From NCBI RefSeq assembly GCF_000150275.1, contig NW_002060946.1, positions 6,424,597-6,488,596 of the forward strand: a stretch of DNA of 64,000 nt, given 5' to 3'. Made by a program: the position numbers and the translations under genes. Below, in pieces: positions 13,801-33,643 of the stretch (the first letter of the stretch is position 1; the number at the start of each line of letters is the position of its first letter). The DNA comes from Trichoplax adhaerens (taxonomy: Eukaryota; Animalia; Placozoa). The notes under the pieces were generated by a model. That model had not been told where the DNA came from, did no database searches, and saw nothing but the letters and a program-made list of their open reading frames with translations.

Positions 13801-16388
13801 TTTATCATCATTAATCATTTCTGGTAGTAATTTTATCATTTCCTTTTGCAAATTTTTTGGCAAAACTTTAACTGTCTCAAATAACTTATTAATGGCATCC
13901 TATATTATTTAAATGCATTTATTCCCAAGATACGCAATAATAGAATTATCAGTATTAACAGATTTTACAACATATCAAGTTACTTGATATACTTTGATGT
14001 ATAGGATAATACTTTACCATAGAATCAATCGGATAATTCATCCATTTAAATTGACGGATAAGCAATAATCCCATATTACAGGTTATATTTGCTTCTTCAA
14101 TAACTCTAAGTAAAGATATAAATTAAAATATTAGGTATGTAAATCAAGAGTTACATTTGACTAAATATGGGTTTTATGTTTATCGGAAATGTATAATAAA
14201 AAAGTACAATGGATCCAAGGATATATTGTAATTTTAAAAACTTTATCTAGTAATCTTTCGTAAAGTAAGCTACAACTATAATATTCTTATATCTGCTTAT
14301 GGCATCTAAAAGGAACAGATATACTATACTTACATGTCGTCTTCATACATCACCTCCATTAATTTTGTGAGTAAAACATCGACTACTTTATCCTGTAATT
14401 TATTACAAAAAGACAAGGATGGCTAGGTAAATTATTGAATTTGACTGAGAATAGTGGATAGGTACGGTACCTCATAAATACAAAATTTGTTTTTATAATT
14501 CATAAAAATTTTCATTGTTATAAGAAATTGATAATAAATTAACAATACATCGACTTAAATTTGATACAAGTACGATCTAGTAAAGCACAGTACATGTATC
14601 ACCTGTATTTCTTTAATGCTTAAGATAAGCTGTATAGGTGAGTCAGCCGAAAGCTCTAAAATGCTTAAGAATGAAAAATTAAAAGTTTTAGACTCAATAA
14701 TTGTATATAATGTACTTGTCCCGTAACGTCTACTGTATTTAAAACTAATAAAATCGCTTTAAGGATGTTGCCCAAACATAAAATGAACATACAGTATTTA
14801 CGCATATGGCTAGATCGAAATTATAATATAACGCAGATATCAATTAATTCATAAATGGTAGACATAAGGAAATTCTTTCCATGACTCTGATTATCTTTGA
14901 TAAAATTATCCAAATACCTATCGGAATTTTCTATTGTTGATCGTATTGGCATTAATGCGTAATAAAGTCTGCCAAAAAGAATGAAGCATAGTTTTATAAT
15001 GCAATTCGAATTATCCATTAATTTTATTACAAAGCAGTTTACGGTTCACTAAATATTAGTCGATTTGTTATGCCAAGAGAGCAATTTTACCTGATTTGAT
15101 CGTCCAGGTAGTCTTCTAGATTACTGAGAAACCAATCCATCTATAGGAAAGTAGTATAACATGCATTTATGAAATCAATGAGTTATAGCTCATCGCAGTA
15201 TTGCAGATTGATTGTAGTTTTTAGTAATAATACTGTACAGTACAGTATATTGCGTTTGTCTGATAATTCAACTCGCTACAGATAGCTACCATATACCGTA
15301 CAATAATGAGTGTACATACGTATGTGCGTATTTTAGCAATTTTACTATTGCATTAGCGATGTCAGAAAATTTTTACGTAGATCAAGTAATTATTACACTG
15401 TATTTATTCAATTTTTGTGCATATTCTTTAAACTTGTTGCAGAAAAGTACATTGATTGATATCGGTTATAATTGTACAAAGACATAATAAATATACTGTG
15501 CTAGAACCTGCGAAGGAAATCATATAACTACACTCCAGCACGCAAATAAGATATTAGATCAGTTGCAACTGTTGCATTACCTTATTGGAATCTTGATCTT
15601 CCAATTTGGATAATATATTTTGTTGTGCTTCTATTTCAGTTACTCCTATGGATTATAATTAAATCTCTATTTAATCATGATCTCTGATTATCGCATTACA
15701 TTTGAAGAATATTCCTGTCTAGCAGTTGACATGAGATGTGTTTTACTGTATGCAATATACTGTACTGTACGTCGGATAGCAGTTTTATCATGATCCTGGT
15801 TGCAAATAATGATCATGATGCCAGTCATTATAACGATGTACTGTCAGAGCTTATGGTATCGAACAGATATCCGTAGATAATCATTATATAATAGATTAAT
15901 TATAGAATTATCCACGTCTAATTATCTATAGATAAAATCCACCATCATCTAATACGGGTATACTGTAATGTACAATTGTACATACTGTACTTGCATTGCA
16001 AACTAACCTGATAGTTCAGATGGTTTGTCAGCATATAATAGCAAATGGCATGGTGATAAGAAAGTAGCGATAGGATGATCTTCTGTTGATCGGCTTCGCT
16101 TAGGATCTAATTCTAATATGATAAAGAAAAAGACGAAAATGCGTGAGCTAGTCAGCCAAATAGGCAAGCAATAATTATTATCAAGCAAGTGTTGCGATGT
16201 ATGTTGTTGTTGATGATGATGTCAACGTCCTCTTGATGATGACGATAATATCCATCATGCAAATTGATTCTATTTGATTTATTCTAGATATATAATGACT
16301 GATTTGACTTAGTTTGGCTATTAAAAGAGTGATAGAATCCACCTAAATCTTCTTCCAAGGCTCTCTTGCTTGAACTAGCAACGTCCAT
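4832..16388 (-). CDS. FANCD2: Fanconi anemia group D2 protein (dozens of short exons)
   Basis: Hand-translated exons match FANCD2 in order: MDWFLSNLEDYLDD (~15140-15091), PIQLILSIKEIQ, IRQFKWMNY, LPKNLQKEMIKLLPEMINDDKH (~13880-13776), DDIHIILRKQLT (~10939-10890), LQQSTRYLHHVCGHSK (~5727-5678), VPLLKKKLEIFVYRVK and FWVGNLKNRDIQ. An acidic tail ends ...DDESGSDK-TGA (4832-4834). The start ATG at 16388 (MDVASSSKRALEEDL) is inferred and less certain than the body. Confidence 0.92.
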
Positions 16389-17359
16389 ATTTGAATCACC
16401 CGCCGATCGCAATTTGACTTTCCAGCTAAAAATATGAGTTCAACCTCCAAGGATGACAAAAATTCGCCAGTGTGCAACGTATTCCGTGTGGTATGTTTGA
16501 GTCATAAGACTGTTAGACTGCAAATTACACTTGGACTTCCAGGCAATCAGTCCCTGATTGTGTTCAACAAGTCTAAACAAGCCCTAAAAAAATAGAAGTT
16601 GGCAATATTAGCTTAACAATCATAATATGTTACGGACATTGCACACGGACAATCTAAATTTATGCATCATTCTAATCCATTTATTGAACTCGACCTGTCT
16701 GTCTGTCTGTATACAGGGATCAAGGAGAACCTTGGTAGTCTGGTAGCCAAACGGGCAATTTCTTAATCCATTTTTACTCCTAGCTCTTTAAAATATTGTA
16801 AGAACAGTGAGCAGGGGTAAAATTAAATTGATTTATGAAGGCAGTTATTGGAACAGGGACTTTTAAGGGGTGAAAATTGGTTGAGAAATCCCTAGTCAAA
16901 TATGGACTGCTAGAAGTAGTAGATACTTGCTTGCCCAGTTTGGTATCGTTCACATCGTTAAAATAGTAATGTGGTCGACGGCTAAAGTAAAGCTGCAACT
17001 ACTGTAGAGGACACTGTACAGTTTTACAGTATGAGTTGAGTCAGTTAAAGCACTCCGTGTACGACATTTACTGGAACCCCCTATATACTACAGTAGTACT
17101 AGTCTATTTGTCGCTCACGCGTACAAGAAAAGAAATGTACGCAATGCGTGAGTTCATTACCTTGGCCAGTTAGGCCTGCCAAAACCTCCAATATTGAAAG
17201 TTTGTCGCAGCAGACATTTTTTTAGCACTTTATCAACACAGTCCAGAGCATCGATGAAAAGGCCAGTAGGTGCATCTCCATGTTGACTGGATTGTCAACA
17301 GAGCTGAAACGGTATCATGCACTCCCATAGACATAGGATGGATGGAGGTGTGCTATGTT

Positions 17360-18440
17360 TTCGAGCTATCACATGAGCAAAAACCGTCATTTTAATTAGT
17401 TGCGAGCTCTATACTATATTTTAATTGGGACAAAACTGAAATTATAATAGTTGATGGTCTGCATATTACAACAGTATTCACAGCAAAGCTCTAACTTGTT
17501 TCTATCAATACAGTAGTAATATCCGATCCATATCTGTTTGGGGTACGCTATCTGTTTTCGAGCTACAACCCTTTGAGCTATCACATGAGTCAAAATCGTC
17601 ATTTTAATTTGCTGCGAGCCCTATACTGTATTCTAATGATTATCGAATAGGGACAAAACTGAAATTATCATAGTTAATAGCCTGCATATTACAACAGTAT
17701 TCACAGCAAAGCTCTAGCTTGTTTCGATTAATACAGTAGTAATATCCGATCCATATCTGTTTGGGGTACGCTATCTGTTTTCGAGCTACAACCCTTTGAG
17801 CTATCACATGAGTCAAAATCGTCATTTTAATTTGCTGCGAGCTCTATACTGTATTCTAAATTTCGAATGATTATCGAATAGGGACAAAACCGAAATTATC
17901 ATAGTTGATAGCCTGCATATTACAACAGTATTCACAGCAAAGCTCTAACTTGTTTCTATCAATACAGTAGTAATATCCGATCCATATCTGTTTGGGGTAC
18001 GCTATCTGTTTTCGAGCTACAACCCTTTGAGCTATCACATGAGTCAAAATCGTCATTTTAATTTGCTGCGAGCCCTATACTGTATTCTAATGATTATCGA
18101 ATAGGGACAAAACTGAAATTATCATAGTTAATAGCCTGCATATTACAACAGTATTCACAGCAAAGCTCTAGCTTGTTTCGATTAATACAGTAGTAATATC
18201 CGATCCATATCTGTTTGGGGTACGCTATCTGTTTTCGAGCTACAACCCTTTGAGCTATCACATGAGTCAAAATCGTCATTTTAATTTGCTGCGAGCTCTA
18301 TACCGTATTCTAATGATTATCGAATAGGGACAAAACTGAAATTATCATAGTTGATAGCCTGCATATTACACCAGTATTCACAGCAAAGCTCTAACTTGCT
18401 TCTATTAATACAGTAGTAATAGCTGATCCATATCTTCACA
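17360..18440. repeat. Tandem array of ~5 near-identical 223/231-bp units
   Basis: The same sequence (gggacaaaactgaaattatcatag...gagctatcacatgagtcaaaatcgtcattttaat) recurs. The repeated minus-strand ORFs start at 17602, 17825, 18056 and 18279, giving spacings of 223, 231 and 223 bp. The terminal copies are partial or diverged. Confidence 0.97.
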
Positions 18441-19029
18441 GAGTCTGTTTCGGGTGTGATATCTATTTTCGAGCAACGACCATTGGATCTACTTGTCGTT
18501 GCAAATTTTGAAAGCATGCTGTAGCTGTTGCCATTGGTCGTTTAGAACTTGAACTCGACCTTACGGGGTTAGGTTTAATTTCATTCCAACGCTGGTCTGT
18601 GAGCATGCTCAGAGAACCGTATGAGACAGTAAGGATAGGCCGGACAAAAATGAAAGGTCAAACTCTCGCTTTGGGTACGGTACCGTCATGGTATCCAACC
18701 GGTACGGTACCGTTTCATAGTAACTGAGTGTTGAGATTGATAGTGATTGAGGGGAAAAAAGGAAACTCTAGTCTAGCTCTTAATACGATACAGGCGATCC
18801 AGTCATACATCTCTCAAGGTATCACGGTACAGTACCGGGCACGGCAGTACTGCGCAATGGCAACTATCTTGACCTACGGTGGTAAACAGCCTTTCTCACG
18901 CAATAACCTTTCTCTGAGTTATAAAAGCCTTTCTCCTGGAGGAAAAAGCCATCTTTTCTGTTAAGGTAGACATTCGAAGGCGGTATCCACTGATCTTGCT
19001 CAACTATCGATCATCCATTGCTTGCCAAG

Positions 19030-26238
<7,209 letters not shown>

Positions 26239-28071
26239 TAAATTAATGTAATGGAAGCGAGTGACAGTATAGTGGACGAAAGAAATCAGTTTATCTTAGT
26301 TTTTAGCTGTCCAGATCGATGCATGATAATAGAGTGGCTTCACTTTATGTCTTTAGCGGGTAATGTACGTCGACAAAGTCAGTTCGTTAGTTCACAAATC
26401 GAACACTACTTTAGCTTAGAACTTTCTTGTAGAATACTGTACGGTAATTGTTGGAAACATGAATATGCGAGCCAAGCAGCCAAATAGTCCGATATTTACG
26501 CCCAAGGATATGTTTTAAAATTGATTTGTTTGTAATATGTAGGCCAAGAGTATTTGTGACTGATTTTTTTATCACGGAATGTCATTTGATCGCTTATGTT
26601 CTTTTTATGAGAGAGCAAAATAAATCCGCTTGCCCAATAAAATAGAATTAATTGGATGTATGTTACGGAGATAATGATATTTGAAAGCACTAGTATTGAT
26701 CTATTTTGAATGAGGATTGCGTGCTAATCTTACATTTACGCTGTCTAAATTAAGTATACCTGAAATAATAAAATAGATGGTTGCTGTATGTACAGTATAC
26801 ACAAAAATCCAGGATTATGGTATGCTGAATCTCTACCAATATCCTAGCTGTTTTTTTTTCTAGCAAGCTAGTATAATGAACTAAATATTTGTATTTACTT
26901 ACTACGTTCAAAGCTCCATTGATAAACCGAGTAGCTGCACTTACAGCTAATACGGTAGTATGCCTCACATGTTTGACTTGGTATACTGTACATATATTAT
27001 ATGATGAAGCATTCTGTTAGTGGATGCGTGTCGATGCAAGGTAGAAGTGTCTAAAACATGCATCACCATTGACAGCTATAATATAGAAATAAAAGCCTGC
27101 TCCAAATACCGAGATGGGACGCTGTTTGTGCGAGTCCTTTCTTTAATTATTGCCTACAGCAAATTGTAGGATAAATAATAGCGCATAAAATGAACTGTTA
27201 CCACCCTTAAACCGTTGTCCTATTCATATTTAATAGCGTTCTGAATGACAACATAAAGTAGAGATGAGCGGATTATTTGAGACTTACGAGTCCAAGCCAT
27301 ATTCATATCAATTTGTATAAAGAAATATTGAAGATAAAGTCAGGGTTGTTACTATCCACCTACCAAGTCTTATTGCTTCTAATTTTGAAACACCACGTTG
27401 ATTTAAATGAGCGAAAGGCTCTTACCTTCTAATCTATTCAACTTTAATCACATCATTTGCATAATGACAATAAATAGTAAGGTATTATAAAGGTAGAAAT
27501 TAATGTTGTTAGTCTTACCGCATTCGTATAATGCATGTTAATAGACAATATACCGTATCAAATTATTAATTTTTCTGTTGTACTACAGTAGTAATGTATA
27601 ATTAAATAATAATAGCACTGCAAAATATTGAAAGGGAAGATGTTGCAACCATGGTTACTGATTCTGCACCTGTCAAGAGTGACAGCCATTGTAAGTAAAA
27701 ATCTAGACTTACTACAGTAAATACTACTGTACCGAGTGCACTGTACACTGTGGAGGATCGATATGGTACGGTAGGCTAACGTTTTTAGTAACACTTCTTG
27801 GTTAAGTTATGACTGTTTTAAATGCGCTACGTAGTACTACATCGAACGTTGGACTTAGCCTGATTGACTTATCATACTGTACTATAGATAACTATAGGCA
27901 ATCATGGCTGAATCCAACACCAACTGTCGATCTGTATGAGAAGAAGCAGTACAACTGCGACAGTATAGGGTGGGTCGATATCCTGTCAAAGCTTCAGTGT
28001 AGTACAAGTAGATCAACGAGAAGCGGCTGCGACTGACGTGAGGACTTCTTTCCGCCATTTTCAATGTTGGT

Positions 28072-31000
28072 ATGGAGACAGGCAATATCTTAAAAGTAGT
28101 GGTTATTGCTGCCTTATTTCTCCTTAATGTCTTCCTCATCTTCGACAGTAAGTAATGAACTAAGGAATATCACTGACGACATAGGTCGAATTCAATAGTA
28201 AAGTCGTTTAAACTGAATTTTCCCCCATACAACCTCGTGTTTTCACTGTCGAACAACGATTGATTCAATTCAATGGCGTTTAATAAATGAACGACATAAA
28301 TTGCAAGCCTGTTAGCGCAATATATTTTGCCATATCAGCGTTCATTTTATTTTGATACTTTTCTACTGGCTGCTGGTGTAGCAGTATATACAATATCATA
28401 TTCAATCTATTTTTGTTGTTGAAGTAACGGAATAAAGTATTCGATAGGACAAGGATTTTAGTCAGCCAATCGACTCGATTATTCTAGTCGTGGTAAAATA
28501 ATAATTCTAATCCATGATACCGCAGCTTGCAATCCATTGAATGACGAATTCTCTTGCTCTCGTCATGACCGTAGGCAGTAGAGTTATCAGTACTAATCTT
28601 AGAAAATTTTTCCATTGATTTTTGTCTCTGCGGTTGCCGTTGCAATAGATTGCAGTCATTGAATATCGACAGTAAATTTGCCTTTTTCCGCAATCAATGA
28701 CAACGGTTCAACTTCGCTATAGGTGTTGCTAGTCATTGTCCATTTCACTGTGTAAAATCCACCATGTGATCCAATTTGAATTCATCTTTGGTTATCATGT
28801 ATCAGTTAGCATGGTGTAAAAGGTTGATGAAAATGATTTACAAACGCTTTATACGTCAATCTATGCCACAGCTTACACTTCTGCTTAAGGGTAGATGGAC
28901 TGCTTAAGTTAATCATAATTAATAATAATAATGATGTAGCACAATTAATTAATTAATCGACACGAATTGAATTTTGATCATTCTGTATTACTGTAAAAGC
29001 TCCGCGATGATAACTAATTACTCTTAGAAATTAGAAAATCAAAGTACATTGTTTAGTTAACGGAATAGATGGCATTCCTATTTTGATAATACTGTACCGT
29101 TAGGATAATGAAATAAGTAAAGAAATGGTCAAAAATTTCAGCAGTAATAGATCGCAATTTCTCTTTACATTTAACTAAGTTGATAGTTCAATGCAGTTTT
29201 ATTTTGCTAATGCATACTTAACATTTGTAAATACGAATCCAAAATAGCTTTTAACTAAATACGCGTAGAAAAGGTATACGTTGATTGGAGCTATTGTAGG
29301 TAAAGACAAATATCTAATTTACTATCCCGAAAATAAAGTGAGACGGAATCGTAATCGTAATCCTATTTGGATCACATTTGCTAACTAATGTACGATATAA
29401 CTGTATCGCTACTAGTAAAAATAAGGCACCGAATTTACTGTACCGAAAGCAAATTCGACTACTAATTGTAATCGTAATCGTTATCATATTTTAATAACAG
29501 TTGCAATGATGACTTTGACTATATCATGGGAATTACTCATTATGTTCAGTATATCATGTTATCAAATATTTTAAATTAGTAAAAATAAATGCTAATTTAT
29601 CATTATTCAGTCGTGGTAATCGCCGTAAATTTTAAAGTGATCAGCATATTTTAAGACTTAAGCGGCTTTAATCGCGAGAATCGTATAGGTATTGATCACC
29701 CTACTTCTGATGTTGTAGTAAATATTAGAATCAACAACTAAAGTCGCAATCCTTGTGATCTGAACTACTAAACTAACTGAAGTTCGCGCCTTGATTATAT
29801 ACGGTACATTCCTTATTAATACAACAACGATTACATACACAGTACTATTAGGTATGCTTGTCAGTGTACAATAAACCATAGACTAAAACTTACTTTTGTA
29901 AGAGCGCCCCCGTACACATCAATCATACGTATACAATATTTACATATTCATTGTCCATTTATGGTAAATGTGTAGTAAATTAACATTGGCATTTATGTTC
30001 ATTCACTATGGTAGTATTAGATGTGTCTAGGAAAGGCATTGGAATCAACCTTTACTTTGATGAATCATCCATCCTCATCATTGCTTGATGACAGTTATCA
30101 GTTTTAACAGAAAATAGAATTAGTGCCATGCAATAATATTATTTTCTCCTAATTATATTATTATTTATTTCTATGTTAGCATATTTAAATATTATGCAAA
30201 GTATAATAATGGGCTTGGATGTTATGGTTGATTTTGCAGCAGCCATTAGTTGAGCGCATGTTGGATTATAACGTGGCACTAGGGTTTCTTTCTTACCAGC
30301 AAAGTAGCTTGTACAGTTACATATCGACAATTTCGATAGTCAGACTCGATAGACTCCAACTATACCAGCATGAAAACTAATGATATTTTGACTATCAGTA
30401 CTTCTCTAAAAATAGTTCTAAAAAGCAAAATCGTCAAATTATTACTAATGAGTGCTTATCTGTGTCACCAAAATGGTCTTATGGCTTTCTGGCTATAGCC
30501 TATAACTTGATGTATCGACTTGATTTCGATTACCTTAATAGTCCTTCAAGTGCTTGTAACAAGTAACAACGTTGAATTATCACATAGAGGGCTTTGTCAT
30601 CATCGCCATAAGTTTTAAATCAATATCGTTAATATTAAGGCCTATAAATTTTATTCAAAATTAGCCTGTAGTCTCAACTTTACTGACTAATTTATTTCTT
30701 TCCTGAATAACTCGTCGTTAATTGCTTGTAACAAACGATGCCTCGAAGTGTTATAAAATGATTGCTAACTTATTTTCTTCTATTTCACCGGACTACTTAA
30801 ATTTGAAACTGATAATTAATTAATATTGAGGCCATGTAACTTTTCCAATTAGAATTGTTTATAATATCAACATCGGACGTTGACTTGCATTTCCTGGCTC
30901 ATTTATTAATTAGACTACGCTACGCTATCATAACAGCGACCGATTTTATGAAGTAGAAGTTAACTTTTTAATTATCTCTCATTCTACTGAAAAATTTATG

Positions 31001-33643
31001 TAGCACAATTTTACCTGCAATATACTGTAGATTGGTATCATCGATCGTAAATAATTTTTCAGGTTTACGAATTTGATCATTTCCTTGTGAATATTCCACT
31101 CTTCGCACCGTTTTAGTATTCGATAGGTAAAATGGTCTGCCCTATGAAATCTCCAAAGTCCTTGGTAGACTTTAGTCATTCTATAATTCAGTATATGGTA
31201 CTATCTTTAGAAACTGACGTCAAGATATTTCCTTGATTATAAACAAGTGTACTTTATGCATATACTTAGGATAAAAATTTGTAATTTCTATTACATTATT
31301 GCTTAATACTACAATATAAACCCTCTTATAATATGATAATATACAGCAAGTTCTGTAAAATATACTATTTATGCCTTTCAGTATCTTCTCATACCAAATT
31401 AATTGTATCGTGCCATTTTATCCAATTCTGCAACTATCTTAACGTATACTGGCCATGATTAGCTATTACTTGTTTATTTATAAACGTAGCTAATTAAAAA
31501 TAATCGCAACAGAAACCGGAACGACTTTCGTTCGTACATTCTAACTATACATATCTTTTGGATATCTTAATTAAGTATAATTGTAATTAAAATAACAGGT
31601 AACACCAATGGTAGTCAATGCTCCCACAAAAAGCAAGCACTAATGAGCGCATTACGCGCTTTCCAAGAAAAAAGTGTAATAGCCCGCCCTCCTGAGAAAA
31701 GCTCAATCGCTGGGGACGAATATGAAGAAGACGACGATATATATGGTTCCGGTCAAACAGCCCCAGACCGATGTTCTAGTTTAAAACCTCTTGGGTGTCC
31801 TTATGGAAAGTTTAAGGTCAAGAAAAAATATGCCTTAATGTACGGGCATATACTTGAGAAGAGAAAAGGTAAAGATGTTCATACTTTGGGAATTTACCAA
31901 ACTGAATCAATCATTAATCATTTCACTAGCTGTGATCATAGAAATTGTTCCCTACCCAAATTTAGCAATAGTTCAAGTTAATTAAATGTATTCGTGCACA
32001 ATTCAGTAATTCCATTACCAGATGCATTAATATTGTATAGTTTTAAGTGTTATGAGTTTAGTTCAATACTTTTTCATAAAGAAGCAAGAAAGTGTAAAGT
32101 AATTCTTGCGTGGAATCAGCTAGCAGTTCATACTTGTATCGGCACTATTCTAATTATCCTCTGTTCAATAAATTTTTTAGCTTTCATTACCATTGGAATC
32201 CCAACAATTAAAAGAATTAAAGCAAATTATATTGAGGCCACAATTACTAAGTTGATTCGACACCTGACACCTGATGATTATCCAGAAGTAGTTATTGTTG
32301 TTTTCTTGGCGGATTTCGATCCTGAGATTCGTAGCGAAAGAGCTGAAAGCCTATCTCATACTTTCTCTAAATACATTGAGATGGGTTTGTTGCAAATCAT
32401 TCAATCTCCACGGTCATTTTATCCTAATGCCTTTTTGTATAACAGCAAAGAGAACGAAGGTGGTTCATTCAATAAATCTAAAAAATTAACTCGATGGCAC
32501 CAAAAGCAGTCTTTAGATTACTCTTATTTAATGGCATATTGCAGTCATTTATCTGCAAAGTATTATTTGCAATTAGATGATGATGTAGACACCGCGCCTC
32601 ATTATCTGGCTGCTATTAAAGACTTTATCAATCAGCAAGCCAGATCATGGGTATCACTAGATTTTTGTGAGCTTGGGTCAATTGGCAAATTGTATCTAGT
32701 ATCAGAAATCAATTTAATTGCTAAATTTGCTTACTTCATGTATCGAGAGCAACCAATCGATGCTTTATTCCGATTTTACAACTCAATAAATATGCAAATA
32801 GAATCAAGATTGCGAACTCCTTCTGTATTTCAGCATGTCGGATACTATTCATCAAATAATAAAACGCAAGACGTTAAAGACAAATATTTCGAAATTATAG
32901 AAACTGAACGTGAATACAGAGGTATCATGAAAAATTTTTGCTTCGTTTCTTTTATAATATTTTAAATCTAATCATTTCAAGATGATGTAATGTTCGCCAG
33001 TGCTATTGCTTCTATTGATTTTGTATCATGTCTGTAACATCAGTTTTTATATCATCTTTTAAATAGGTGATAATCCACCAGCTATTGTTACATCAACAAT
33101 GAAGGTTTTTAAACAGCATACACCAGAGTTGTGTTACGGCAAATCACCTGGATACTTTTGGGCTGCAAACCCCCAGAAAGGTGATACACTGTTAATTAAA
33201 TTCCATGTTGAGCATCGGATAAAGCGTCTAGTCGTTGCTACTGGCATGGACAAAAGTAAGAAGGATATCTTACCCTCTGCCGAGATTCGAGTCAGCGGTA
33301 CTGCTGCTCAAAAAGTAAATGGTAGGTTTTCTATCGGCTTACTCCAAGCTAGTAAAGCTTTCCTTATGCACTGATAAATCCTACATTTATTGTTATCTAT
33401 AGATAATTAATTATCAACTAAAAGTAGCACTAAATTTGAATGTCTTTGGTCACAGGGGAATATGTTTGTCATAAGAATTTTGTAACAGTGACCTCCGAAT
33501 TTATCGATGGTGTAGCTGACTGCAATGATCTCGATAGGCCACTCGATTTTCCTGTCAAGTGCATTAAAGTTATCATTTCTGAGAATCAAAATTCTTGGAT
33601 CATTTTCAGGGAAATTGCAGTATTTCTGTCCCGAAATCATTGA
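28072..33643 (+). CDS. Alpha-1,3-mannosyl-glycoprotein 4-beta-N-acetylglucosaminyltransferase (GnT-IV/MGAT4 family, GT54; MGAT4C-like)
   Basis: Proposed exons: 28072-28147 (METGNILKVVVIAALFLLNVFLIFD, type II signal anchor); 31599-31868 (stem); 32181-32921 (FITIGIPTIKR..NY, KQSLDYSYLM, YYLQLDDD, GSIGKLY, QPIDAL, PSVFQHVGYYSS); 33067-33321 (GDNPPA...GYFWAANPQKGD, lectin-like C-terminal domain); and 33456-33643 (SWIIFREIAV, stop). All junctions are GT-AG and phase 1. Linking exon 1 across a 3.45-kb intron is inference. Confidence 0.88.

Noticed and set aside
14217-14224. U12-type 5' splice site (ATATCCTT on the minus strand) in FANCD2
   Set aside because: It lies inside an intron whose ends are already explained by ordinary GT-AG sites.
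16461-16480. IRE-like CAGTGT near the FANCD2 start
   Set aside because: It is on the strand antisense to FANCD2 and lacks the 5-bp upper stem with a bulged C.
17414-18517. Five near-identical 61-66 aa minus-strand ORFs (MTILTHVIAQRVV...) as a peptide gene array or CRISPR-like locus
   Set aside because: They are a by-product of the tandem repeat. There is no signal peptide or known domain, no unique spacers between repeats, and no cas genes in this eukaryotic context.
31127-31197. Extra MGAT4 exon (KMVCPMKSPKSLVDFSHSIIQYM)
   Set aside because: Its apparent donor is phase 0 whereas the next exon needs phase 1. Exon 1 splices in frame to 31599 without it.
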